DNA of 64,000 nt, taken from positions 64,604,001-64,668,000 of the forward strand of contig OX597817.1 of assembly GCA_951406725.2 (NCBI GenBank). Reading direction: 5' to 3'. The position numbers were made by a program, and so were the translations under genes. A model generated the notes under the pieces. It was not told where the DNA came from. It saw nothing but the letters and a program-made list of their open reading frames with translations, and did not search any database. Shown in pieces: positions 13,987 through 26,569 of the stretch (positions within the stretch are counted from its first letter, which is position 1; the number at the start of each line of letters is the position of its first letter). Source of the DNA: Octopus vulgaris (lineage: Eukaryota).

Positions 13987-14024
13987 TGTTTCTGACGAAG
14001 AGCTCCGCTCGAAACATTAAATCC
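13987..14024 (+). ncRNA. Minimal hammerhead-ribozyme-like motif in Penelope-like repeat (13915-14112)
   Basis: GTTT-CTGACGA-A-GAGC-TCC-GCTC-GAAAC-ATTA-AAT; homologous motif at 39612-39646 downstream of a GIY-YIG ORF. Confidence 0.6.
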
Positions 14025-14740
14025 TCCTTCTTTCTTTCCTTTCCTGAGCATCCAATAACCTTATACTTGTTCCACATCCTAGCGTTGTTGTGTTTTCATG
14101 TTTGGATTAACTATATATATATATATATATAGTGAAAAATATTAACAGAAGGAAAATGCACAGAAATTTTACGCTGGACAATATATATATACTTATTTGG
14201 AGATGGATGCGTGGTGTTCAATTAAATAATAATTCTGCCGAGGTCGACTTTGCCTTTTATCCATTTTGGATCTATTCAATTAGACGTACAGATTATTTGA
14301 TTAATTTTTTTTAACCAAACACTTTCAAACTTCCAGTACTGGTAGAATGTGTCACATAGAACAGGGTTTACTCTTAACATTTTAACAAATTTTTGTATTT
14401 TAGAAGTTATTTCGTCAGAAGTTACAGAGTGACAATGGACAAATTCGTGTTTGATAAGTGCCAATATACAAAACTCTCAGCTTTTGACTTACTCTCTAGC
14501 TTCTGCCGATGATATATATACATTTTACATATATGTGTAAAAAAATCTCATTATGCAATCGAACCAATGAAGGAGCTTCTACCTGATTGCTCGACACGCT
14601 AAAAATAGCAGCCAAAGTACCCCCCTACCTAAATCACATGCCCATTGTATTTAATGTCCTAGATTACCCCTAAAAAGATGGTTTGTTGAAGGCTGGAATG
14701 TCTTTGATGATAGATTTACAGTATCAGGGTTAATTTGAGG

Positions 14741-14963
14741 CTAAATATCAACTTTATGGTAAATTTTTATATTAACACCCACATGATTTTCACCAAGAAA
14801 AAAAATTGATTTTTTGCATGGAATCAAGTACCCTGACCTCCTAATATGCTGCAAATCCCTTATTTTGGTTTGGAAAAAATGAGGGGGGGGGGTAGTTTCC
14901 AATAACCCCCACCCCAATCTCAGAATCATTGGAAATTCTTTTCGTTGAATGAATTCCTGTAAC
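14741..14963 (-). CDS. Candidate exon 4 of PH-domain-like gene (3' boundary uncertain; alternative donors near 14913 and 14832-14838)
   Basis: Acceptor ctaattttgcag|G, phase 2 matching the previous exon; reads (R)LQEFIQRKEFPMILRLGWGLLETTPPPHFFQTKIRDLQHIRR...; frame open to a stop at 14741. Confidence 0.5.
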
Positions 14964-15275
14964 CTGCAAAATTAGGTTACTTAAGGTAAGCCTGGTAACT
15001 GATGGTTTTGGGGTCTTGTTGTTTATAACTTTTGGTGAGCCATGGTGCAACCAACAACATGGTAAAAATCTCTGCCATTAATTTGGTGTGGATGGGTAAT
15101 ATCAAATAATTCAATCACAACATATATTTAAATTAAACATGAAAAAAATTGAAATATTATCATCACTTACATGGAAAATTTGAAATATTATCTTTCAGTA
15201 TTTTATAAAGTTAAAATCTTAAATTATTAATTGACACATTATTAATTATCTTATAGCAGCAATGCTTGGCTTGGA

Positions 15276-15795
15276 ATTACATGGAAAAATGTGAGCATGA
15301 AAAGTAATATTCTTAAGATTAAACCTGGAAAAGTACAGGACAAGTTATTACATCCCGTAAAAGTATAGGATGAGCTATTACTTCTAGTAAAGTAAAGAAT
15401 AAGAAACTTTTTGCTTAAAATATTGCAGCTAAAATTAAAACTTCAATATTAAAACTTATTTTATTATAGTTTACAAATAACACTATACTTATTTACATAG
15501 AATTTGGCTAATTTACTACCTTAAACACAGAAAAAAGTGACTAATTAGACAAACTTATGAATTAGCTGAACAGTTTTGTACAATAAATTTAAAAGATGAG
15601 AACTGTAAAGAGTGATAAATTAGAAGAACTGGCATTCTTTGCTGCAATATTTTAAGTAAAAAGTTTCTTATTCTTTACTTTACTAGAAGTAATAGCTCGT
15701 CCTATACTTTTACAGGTGTAATAACTTGTCCTGTACTTTTTCAGGTTTATAATATTAAGACTATTACTTTTCATGCTCACATTTTCCCATGTAAT
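15276..15795. mobile_element. Fold-back MITE with ~154-bp inverted arms
   Basis: 15276-15429 is the reverse complement of 15641-15795 with scattered mismatches; TA at both ends (TA-CATGG...CCATG-TA). Confidence 0.8.
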
Positions 15796-15972
15796 ACAAT
15801 ATATGTGGACACATCTAAATATATATAATATTTTAGACATTCACTCATATACACACACACTTGTTCACTCTTTCTCTCTCTCTCACATACACATGCACTC
15901 TCTCACTCTTTCTCTGTCTGTCTGTTTGTCTGTCTGTCTCTCTCTCTGTCTGTCTCTCTGTCTCTCTCTCTG

Positions 15973-16009
<37 letters not shown>

Positions 16010-16124
16010 TACATGCACACATGTCATATTCTCAATCAAAATCAAGAACACACTTCATTACAGGTTACAGAACACTTTACATTAAAAGTGCTTATGGTAT
16101 ATATTTATTTATTTAGCTCCCAAC

Positions 16125-16251
16125 CTGCTGGCTGATTGTTTCCCTATCTCAGTATCATCAGAGGTCAAAATGTCCACATAAACATGTTTCATCATATTTA
16201 TGCAAGTCATATTTGAAAACAATATAAACATGCATAACACACAAAATACAG
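16125..16251 (-). CDS. Candidate exon 3 of PH-domain-like gene
   Basis: Acceptor atttcttgcag|, donor CAG|gttggg, 127 nt, phase 1 to 2, stop-free: (A)VFCVLCMFILFSNMTCINMMKHVYVDILTSDDTEIGKQSAS(R). Confidence 0.55.
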
Positions 16252-17162
16252 CTGCAAGAAATATTTTTTAAAAAATAGATAAAACAATTTAGAGTAAAGA
16301 TAATATTATCATATGGAATGACCATATTTGGACTCCTATGTTGCATCCATTTGTAATAGATAGAAGGAATGTGGGGTCAGATATTTTAGGAGGGTGATGT
16401 AACTCTTTAGAGTGTTGTAGTATAGTCAATAATTGTTTCTGATATAGGCACAAGGCTTGAAATTTGGAGAAGAAAGTTAGTTGGTACCACTGACTCCAGT
16501 ACTTGATTAGTATTTTAGCTCATCAACCCCAATAGTATGAAAGTCAAAGTTGATGCTGATTTGAACTCAGAATGTAAAGTGTCAGAACAAATACTAGCAA
16601 GGCATTTTTCCTAATTTTTGATACTGCTTGAAAAATCAGCATCTCATTTAATATCGCCAAATGTTTTAATTAGTTTTAAAAGCATAATAAAGTCTATAAG
16701 TATTTTCATTCTTTGTAAAATATATTTGAAAATATTTAAAGAAGAAATAATTAAAATATGCTTATTTAGTTGAATACCCATCAAAATAATATTAAACATT
16801 TGGTAAGATCGTTTCGATAAATATTTTCAAAAATAAATATTTAAATATTTGTTAGGTTACTTTGATCTGAGGGAATAAATTTACTCTAAATATTCAAGTT
16901 TACTATCACTAAAATTTTTTTTTGTTTTAAAAGAAAACAACAACTTAAAATTCAAGCTATTTGATACATAATGCTTTTTGCATACATGAAGATTTAATTA
17001 AAGATGGTATTGATCAAAGTGTTGACTTTTTACATAAAACAACATATAAGTAGTTTATGCCTTTGTTTCATATCCATCAATTGTCACGCTCACAGCTTTC
17101 ATGTAATTTATTGTCATGACATTTTATGGAAATCGTAAAAGCCTGTTATTTTTAAGAGGTAC

Positions 17163-17200
17163 CTTTCCATTTCTGCATCACGCCTCCTTTCACTGATAAC
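17163..17200 (-). CDS. Candidate exon 2 of PH-domain-like gene
   Basis: aattaag|...AAAG|gtacct, 38 nt, phase 2 to 1: (W)LSVKGGVMQKWK(A), resembling the PH beta1-beta2 signature L.xxGG...WK.x.(W/F).VL. Confidence 0.5.
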
Positions 17201-17864
17201 CTTAATTGTATTGTCAAAATAAATAAACTTATGGCAAACACAGTCAACTTCCTTTATCCTACTCTCTTATCTGTTTTCTTTTTTTATGATCAAGTCTATG
17301 AAATTTTTTTCTTTTTTTTTTTTCCAATTTCTTTAATGCATCAAACTGATGTGCTTAAAATGCTGCTAATTGGAAAATTAGCAACATTTGAGAAATCATT
17401 TTGCACAATTTCTCACATTTACTTTATTTTTAATGTAGCAATCTTATAGACTTTTGATTATTTCAAATTAAAAAACAATGTTTATGTAATAGCAGACTGT
17501 GCCTTGATGAAAATGTCCCAAAGTTAGTTTATCATCAAATCTTGGATGAAATAAAACATTGTGAGGAGTTTGTTAAAATTCTATTAAACCAACTTATGAA
17601 AACGCAGTTAATCGTTTGTTATTCTTCATAGTTTCTCTTTATCAATCAAAATACATTTAGACAATTTGTTGAAATCTGTCCAATTAGCACTAATAATCAA
17701 AATGATATTAACATATTTTGACAACAACTGTAAATCTGGAAAGATTAGGTTCTATGGCATAAAAAATATAATTAAAACATTGAAAATTTTCTTACTGTTT
17801 TACTATTATAAAATGGTATCCCCCTCTCAAATATTATGTACATTTTGAGTTAAAAGCTAATTAC

Positions 17865-17881
17865 CACCAGAGATGTTGCAT
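17865..17881 (-). CDS. Candidate first coding segment (exon 17865-17911) of PH-domain-like gene
   Basis: Acceptor ctatttttag|, donor GGTG|gtaatt; ATG CAA CAT CTC TGG TG ends in phase 2, matching the next exon. Confidence 0.35.
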
Positions 17882-18507
17882 CACATAACACTCAGCATTG
17901 TAGTTTTATATCTAAAAATAGATTGTAATCATTTTATGTTTCTGTTTTCATTCTTCAATATTTTTCCATCAGTCTATTCTCCAATTATTCTTCCTATGCT
18001 CTATCACAGGAGACCAAAGTAGGCCAAAACATTTGTATCTGATGGTCCACCAATGACATTTGTATCTGATGGTCCACCATTCCCCTCCTCATCATTATCA
18101 TTATAATTTTCCATGTTGGTATGTGCTGGACAGTTTGAAAGGAAACAACACACCAGAAGACTATGCCAAGCTCTAATGTCTCCTTCGGCATAGTTTCCAC
18201 AGCTAGATGCCCTTCCTAATGCCAACCACTTTACAAAGTGTACTGGGTACTTTTTCATGGTACTGCCATTAGTGAGGTTACCAAGTAACTTCAAGACAAG
18301 ACCCCCTCAGCTGAGCTGAGTACAGTATTGAAGGAGGCCAAAGTATGATAGAAAGACAGGAACAGGTGTCTTACTATCATATGGCTTCCCCAGATAGAAA
18401 GAGAGAGAGATGTGAAGGTGCACCCTAATGGTACAAGGTGAATATAACAGAGAATAGGGAAAGGGGAAAAGAAAAGGTGAGTGGGTAGGTAGGTAAGTTC
18501 ACAAGAT

Positions 18508-18540
<33 letters not shown>

Positions 18541-18546
18541 CATACG

Positions 18547-19398
18547 CAGGGTGCAGTAAATAAAATGTCCTCTAAATTGCGCAAAAATGAAAATAACACT
18601 GACATCTCATTTTAACTACCAAAATTACATAAAAATATCTTGAAATACTAAAGAGTAAATTTATTCAATAAAATCACCATTGGCTTCAACCATAGCCTCC
18701 AGACGGAATCTCCTGCAATTCTTCTGGACAGTCACTTAGTTTAAGTTGGTGAATGCTGCCATAATCCTTGCCTTTGGTGTTACAAGGAGTTTTGTTGGTC
18801 TCTCACTCAGCTGTGCCCTACACATAATAAGCAATGGGGTTGCAGCCTGGGAGTTTGGTGGCCAGATGTTAGGGGGGATGTGGTCACAGAAATTGTCTGA
18901 CAGCCATGATTGGGTTCTCCTGCTTGTGTAGCATGGTGCAGAGTCCTGTTACCTGATATATGGTCTTCCAGCAGCCACCCTCTCTACTCAGGGCAGCACT
19001 ACCTCCTTCAAGCACTTGATGTAGGCCTCCATGTTGAATCTGAGGCCATGTGAGAAGATGAATGGTGACATAACGTCACCATCACTAATAATCACTATAA
19101 ACATTATGATGTTGGTTGGATGTTTGATTTTTATCACTCCCAGTCTTCAGATTGCACTGTCCTCAGTTTGGCACCCAAACACTCTGAAATGTTCATATTG
19201 GAGCTTCTGGCACAAATGCCAAACTGTACAGCATGTCATTTCCAAATTTCTGGTTGAGTGAATTGGGTCACGGTGCTGCTTTTCTCACAAATAGAGCCCA
19301 TCTGACCCTACCAGACTCTCTAGTTGACAAAGTTAAAAACAGTGCATATGTGCAAAAGTATAAATATAAAATGGAGACAATTTACCCATCGTACCCTG
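18547..19398 (-). mobile_element. DD37D (maT-like) Tc1/mariner transposon, internally deleted
   Basis: CAGGGTG...TACCCTG-TA termini; collinear with 43944-44824. Confidence 0.85.
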
Positions 19399-20477
19399 TA
19401 TATATATATATGTGACAGGCTTTTTTCAGCTTCCATCTACCAAATCCACTCATGAGCTTTGGTCAGCCCAAGGTGTCACATACTGTAAATGTTATACATA
19501 TAGGTATTTTAATCTAATGTTGTTTCAAGTGCATATATAGATATGATTTCAGCCTGACCAGCTTTCACACAAATCAGTGAATGTCTTGTTTGCTAATTTC
19601 TATATCAGAACAGAGATTTTTGTTCATTATCGAGGAGATCAAATCAAGTAAAACATCAACCCCTGATGATTCACTGATAACATTCTGAGTAAGCTCTGAG
19701 TTTTTAACACTCAAAGTTTCTTTAGAGATATTTCACTGAGATACAATATTACAGCAAGTGCCATTTTGAGAAAACTGACATGTCAGCAACACCACCTGAA
19801 CATCACAACTTATAAATAAACAACTGCAGATGTAAACACACTCATGCTTACATGTGCATGCACACACACAAACACAAACACACACACACATGCATACACA
19901 CACACACACATGCACACACACACATGCACACACACACACATGCACACACACACACGCTCACACACACATGCACACACACACACATGCACACACACATACA
20001 CACATGCACACACACACAACCAATACACCCAAAAGACTTTAGTCAGCACAGACATATGACTGAAGACAGTGCCCGAGGTGTGGCACAATGGGACTGAACC
20101 CAAAACCACATGGCTGGGAAGCAAACTTCTCAACCATATATATATTTGTGTGCGTATGTGTGTGCGCATGTGTGTGTGTGTGTGTGTGCGTGTGTGTGTG
20201 CATGTGTGTGTGTGTGTGTGTGTGTGTACACGCACGCACGCACACAGGCATATCTGTGTGGTTGAGAAGTTTGCATCCCAGCCACATATAAGATAAAGGA
20301 ATAGGGTATTTGAAGCCAAGTAGGTACCTTTTTAGCACTCTGATGTAATCCAGGTTCTGGCTAACCACATCAAATGATAGGGAGCATATAGAATTGCTTA
20401 AGATAAACAATTACACAGTATTTCAATCAATAGGTAAATCCTAAGCAAATCTAGGATTTACCTGTTGAGAGAAGTAC

Positions 20478-21390
20478 TAAGCTCTTAACTTAGACTTTTT
20501 TGGGAGCAACCAGACCAAAGTCTCAAGTGTAACTGCCTGAAACTGTAAGGACATCTGGTAACTTGATTGAAGAAAGAAAGCCACAAATGACCCATTCTTT
20601 TTTCCCTGTCCCTCTAATTGCTGTTTTTCCTGTCCACCTTTGTATCGTCTATCTATCCAGATGTTTTACTGCTGTCTATTGCATTTTTGTTCCATTTTTT
20701 ATATTTATATATACATATAGTGGTGTACGTACACCTTTGCTCACCTTATAGTAAGTATGTACCTAAATTTTGGATGACTCTTTTACTCTGTGTTTTAGTC
20801 TCCCTCATACTTTCTTCCTCTTTTCTTTTTCTTGCTACCCCTCTCTCACATTTCTCGGCCCTCTCTTTCTTTAACTCCCCCTTTTCCTCCACGTTTATCT
20901 CCCCTGTACCTTTCCCTTTGTCTCTATGATTTTTCTTTTATCCTTCAATCTCGATGCCCCCTACCCCTTTCTCCTACTTCCACTTGACCAGTGTTCATCC
21001 AGCCATGATCTTTCTGTCTTGGCCTGACTGCTGACCACCAACACCTCTTATGTTCATCTCCTTTGTTTCTGTCTTAAAGCTTTCAATTTGATTTGTCCTC
21101 AGTCAAGAGACACCTGTTGTTTGTATTTGTAATTGTGTACCATGTTCTCCATTTTTTTGTCATACACATTAGACAGCTTTCTTACAAAAAATGTAATGCT
21201 CTTAGTTTAGACTTTTTTGTGAGCAACCAGATCAAACAGTTTCAAGTGTAACTACCTGAAACTGGTAACTTGACTGACGAAAGAAGGCCACAAATGACCC
21301 ATTCTTTTTTTTCCTGTCCCTCTAATTGTTTTTCCTGTCCACCTTGGTATCATCTATTTGTTTTATTGTCCTCTATTGCATTTTTGTTCC

Positions 21391-21395
<5 letters not shown>
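20478..21395 (+). mobile_element. Element bounded by ~220-bp direct repeats (pseudo-LTR-like, possibly Penelope-related)
   Basis: 20478-20700 is repeated at about 21195-21395 around a pyrimidine-rich interior; each repeat is followed by (TA)n. Confidence 0.55.
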
Positions 21396-21437
<42 letters not shown>

Positions 21438-21804
21438 TCCAACAATGACTTAGCTGACCAAAACTTTGAAGTAATTGTCAACAACATTCTTGTATAAGAA
21501 TAATAAATTAGTACACTTCAAAAATATAGAGTAACCCATCAGATTGATATAAAATTATTTTTATTATAACTGTATATAAAAACATCACTTTGATGATGGT
21601 AAGGAGATATATATATATACACACACATACACACACATATATATATGTATACACACACACACACACGTATATATATATATATATAATCATAATAAGCAAC
21701 ATTGATTATAATCACCCCATTTGATTTATATGGATAATACCATACAAAATTCTGGTACCTTTAACTTAAGTACCATATTCATCTGAATCTAAATTTTGCT
21801 GAAC

Positions 21805-21835
<31 letters not shown>

Positions 21836-23164
21836 TATAAATATATAGTGTTAGGAAGGGTATCCAGCCATAGAAACCATGCCTCAACAGAGAGCTGGAA
21901 CCTGGACAGCAGACGTTAAACAATGATGAGGATGAAAATGATGATGATATTAAAGTTGTATTGCTTGCACTAAGTATCGGCTGATATAGATAAATGTGTG
22001 TGTGTGTGTGTGTTGGGGAGTGTTAGGTAGTTGGTGATAATAGGTCAAAATCAGGTAACAAATAGAGATAGCGTACACTCAGAAAGCTCAGAACAGGCAA
22101 CCTATCTAGAAAAACTTTAACTGAAAATAATATGACCAATGCTGACAGGATACACTAATCCTGATTCAGAAACTTCCTATAGCATTAGTGGCCTGATAAA
22201 ATGTTCCCAATTCATGCTTTAAAATGATTGGTGATAGCAAGAACATCTAGCAACTGAATATTCAATTTTCTCTATTGCTAAATGTGCCTGATGATGAAGA
22301 GCTATTATCTTTAAACCATGAAAAAAGATGGATATAAAATGACAATGATGATGATGATGATGATGATAGTGATGGTGGTAGGGGTGGTAATAGTGGTGAA
22401 GGGGGTAGAGGTGGTAGTGGTGGTGGTAGGGGTGGTAGTGGTGACAGGGAGGTCATGATAATGATGATGTTTACTGACAGACTACTGAATATCTTAAATT
22501 TTGCTAATTTATCAGACTGAACAATTTTAATATAGATTATCCATGCCACTTTCTGGGTTTTAAAAAAAATTTTTATCACTGTAATGGTCATTAAACACAC
22601 ATACCCACATACATGCACACACACACATTCAAACACACACACACACACAATAATTATCATCCGTTTAACATTCACTTTTCCTACTTGCATGGTTTAAACA
22701 GAATCCAAAGACAGAATTTATTTTTATACAACTAGATGCCCATCTTGTCTTGAGCCCTCACTTGTTTCTAAGCAAGATTGTATTCCTCCAAGGTCTGACA
22801 CATTTTCACAGAAGATTGGAAATGAAAATGCCTCTTGTAAGATGGTGATGCTCAATTACAACTATTGCATAATTTGAGGACGAGGAAGCACTTACACACA
22901 CACACACAAACGTGTGTGTGTTGTGGAGGGAGGTATTTGTTACCTTGTCCTGAAATCACGCAGTAAATGTACAATAGACTTTTTCAGTTTCCATTTACAT
23001 AATCCATTCACAAGACTTTGGTCACTTTGGAGCTATAGTAGGAGACTTTTGCCCAAGGTGCCACACAATGGGAATGAATCCATATCATGGGAAGTGAAAT
23101 TCTTAATCCTACAACCATACCTGTACCTGTTATATGCATACACACACACACACATATATATATA

Positions 23165-23478
23165 GAGAGGTGTAATGGCCCAGTGGTTAGGGCAGCGGAC
23201 TTGCAGTCGGAGGATCGTGGTTATGATTCCCAGACCGGGCGTTGTGAGTGTTTATTGAGCGAAAACACCTAAAAGCTCCACAAAGCTCCGGCAGGGGGTG
23301 GTAGCAATCCCTGTTGTACTCTTTCACCACAACTTTCTCTCACTCTTTCTGCTGTTGGCCTGCTCGCTTAGCCATCAGGGTGGTGTCATTTGAAAGCTAA
23401 AACAATGCGAAGTGCATAGTGACCAGTGATGTGTAGCAACATCTGATAGCCTGGTTGGTCACAGTGATCATGGTGATA
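23165..23478 (+). mobile_element. Second tRNA-derived SINE family
   Basis: A box TGGCCCAGTGG, B-box-like GGTTATGATTCC; head shared with 34282-34773. Confidence 0.8.
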
Positions 23479-26107
23479 TATATATACATACATACATAGA
23501 TACATACTCACATGATGCTCCAATGAAGAAGACCAAAGGATCCTCTCCTTAACCCCGTATCAGTTCTTATATGGTGTGGATGTACTCCTAAACAGGTAGA
23601 TTTGCAATGTGGTCTATGCAGTCTATGTCTCACTCACATGTCACATTTTTGGTATGTTTTCTAAATCTAGATGCCCTTCCTTATAACAAGCCCATTTACA
23701 GAACAGGACATTTTATTGTGCCACAAACACTAGAAAGGTTGTCCTATGCAAAGAGAATCAGACTGCCATTTACTTTATATTGGTTCATATCTGGAGTTTC
23801 CCTCTCAGATGGATAGTTTGCAATGTGGCTTGTTGAGTACATATTTGGTTCATACATCACATATAAATATGTATACTTACACATGTGCTTAAATGTACAT
23901 ACCTATACATGCACGTACCCTCACAAATATAATTGCAAAAATTATGATGAGAATAACAACAATAAAGGTAAAGTGAGAACAAAGTGTAATTATTAATTTG
24001 ACATGACATGGTATATTCAGAAAGTAGAAGTGTCTTTGATATTTCAAGTTTCATTTCTTCGTCAAAAAGTAAGACAAAAGGTAAAGTGTAGAGAAAATTT
24101 AAAGAAAAAAACAGTAATAAAGGAGAAATATGTGTTGGTCTGCATCAAGTTACATTAAACTTGGCTAGAGATCAAATAACTTGAAATAAAAGGGAAGGAA
24201 AGCAGTTTCATACATACAATAGAAACAAGGCAGGTAACTGTGGATCATTGTGCAGGATTGTGTATGCCTGTATATGCACATTTGTGTACTATCAAGGTGT
24301 ATGTGTATATTTTTCAGTGTTAATATATGTGTGTGCATGCATACACACACACACACACACACACATAACTGTATATTTAATTGCATCTTGAGTTTCTCAT
24401 TACTGCAATCTTCAGGTGAGAATTTTTATAGCTTGGTGTTGCAATTCATATATTTCTATTTACTGCCTGTTGAGTAATGTTTTGTGTGTGCGTGCATGTC
24501 TGTCTATCTGTCTGTTGATTGACTTAATGGTTATTTTCCTTGAATTGGTCTTTGTATACAAAATTCAAATTCTACTGAGAGCAGTCACTCTGAATAATAA
24601 CTAACTTAAACCATGATGACCATATGACCCATGCCAGCAAGGAAAGTAGACATAAAACAGTGATGATTGAGATGTTAAGGCATTGGATCAAATAACTGTT
24701 GTAGTTTTTTGTGCTCTAAATTAAAATCCTGCCAATGACAATTTTGTCCTTCATCTGTTTGGGGTCAATAAACAAAGTACCAGTCTGGTGTCTGTACAGC
24801 CCTCTGTCTCCCGCTGCCACACACTGGATGTCATAGATGCAAGGAGTGAGACAGTGCCTATGTTGACTCATGGTTACAAGTTTACCTAAAACCATTAGTA
24901 GAAGTATGGTTCATTGTGATACAAAGTCATCTTTCATTGTATGTGATATTCATAGTTCATATATGCGAAATGAAGTGTTTGGCTCAAGAACACACCCGTC
25001 TGAAAACTGAAATTATGATCTTGTGATCATGAGTGCATCACCCTAACCATTGTATGTATGTGTATACACACACACATATATAACTGTCCAATCCATGCCA
25101 GCATGGAAAGCCAATGTTAAATGATGATCAGGATATATATTAGTTCCTCTTGTCCTATATTCCTTTTTTATTAAACCGCAATTGTTTATCTAGATTGCTA
25201 CTTTTATGCTAAAGCAGCCTGCAGTTTAGTGATATAGAACGCATTTGAGCTTTTATTTTTAAATGTTTTACTTAAGTTTTAACTTTGACTTCACTTATAA
25301 TGCTGTTTATATATCTTTTATGTGTATGAATTGGTTTTTCTGTGGTTTGATTATGTAGCTGAGTACATAAAAATGCTCATATGTGTTAGTGTACCTATCT
25401 CCCTCTATATTTACTAATATTTTAAAAATATTTATTTGTGTGGAATTGGTTCCATGTATGCATAGATGAACACACACACACGCACACAACACACACACAC
25501 ATGCACACACACACACACACAAACACTATTTTCCCCATCTTTATCCGTCTTTTACAAATACTTTAATGGTAATCTCTCTTCTTTTAACTAAAAAGATCCT
25601 AAATTCAAATTCTACTGTGTTTGCAATAATGTTTCTCATTTAGCTTTCCTTATTACAAATGAATTTATTGATTTTTTTTTTATATCCTATTAACTCCACT
25701 CCTTATTATCCTTCTTACAACATTTTCATAGTAGTCTTTTATCCTCTTCTAACCATTCTTTCCTTAATGTTTGTTTTATGCCAGGAGGGTTTCTATTTTA
25801 ACTTTTGTATACTTGATTGCATTTATTTGTTGTCATTTCTAAAACATATACACACTAGTTGCATAAATCCATTTCACATTTCTCTGAACAGAGTATTTAT
25901 TAGCCAAAACAATTTGCATTTTGTAAGAAAAGATTAAATAAATCTTGTAGACTCTTTATTTGCAATTGACCTTTTTGAATTTTTATAAATTTCTGATTTC
26001 CTTGTCAAGCAATGAAATTTTCAATATGCATTCACTTACATACATGCATACATACATACATACATGCATACATACATATATTTATATATACATGCACACA
26101 CACACAC

Positions 26108-26138
<31 letters not shown>

Positions 26139-26438
26139 CACACACACACATATATATATATACACACACATATATATATATATATATATGTATATTATAT
26201 TAATTATTTTTATTTTTATGTTTTGGTTTATGTTTTTCACTGTTTGATTTGCCTAATAGTGGTTTTATCTCTAATTTAATTTATATATATACATACTTAT
26301 ATATATATATATATATAATAAACCTTTACATAAATAAATAACGTGAAATACACGAAGGGACGAACATAAGAGACAGACGGGTCATTCAAAGCCTTCGTTC
26401 TTCAGTCAGAAACCGATTCCTCATCGCAGATTTCGGCT

Positions 26439-26504
<66 letters not shown>

Positions 26505-26569
26505 CTATATACATACATATATGTATATGTGTGTGTGTGTGTACGCACGAAGAAGGTACTTCTTTTCCA

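Noticed and set aside
16118-16164. CTGATGA...GAAAC on the minus strand inside the candidate exon
   Set aside because: No credible stem II pairing between the two boxes; likely chance
14913-17178. Alternative reading of the spliced ORF as a neuropeptide precursor (MQKWKAVFCVLCMFILF as signal peptide; RK-EFPMILRL-G as myomodulin-like)
   Set aside because: Only one such peptide, Gly is followed by Trp rather than a basic cleavage site, and the frame extends upstream into a PH-like signature; kept only as a minor alternative
18029-18079. 27-bp tandem duplication (also 46590-46740 and 47720-47800)
   Set aside because: Ordinary slippage duplications with no further structure
19660-19695. CTGATGA motif (similar isolated ones near 22288 and 49480)
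   Set aside because: No GAAA/UH arrangement with paired stems downstream
23165-23240. tRNA-like sequence with A and B boxes
   Set aside because: It is a SINE head continuing into repeat body, repeated at 34700-34773; no complete cloverleaf
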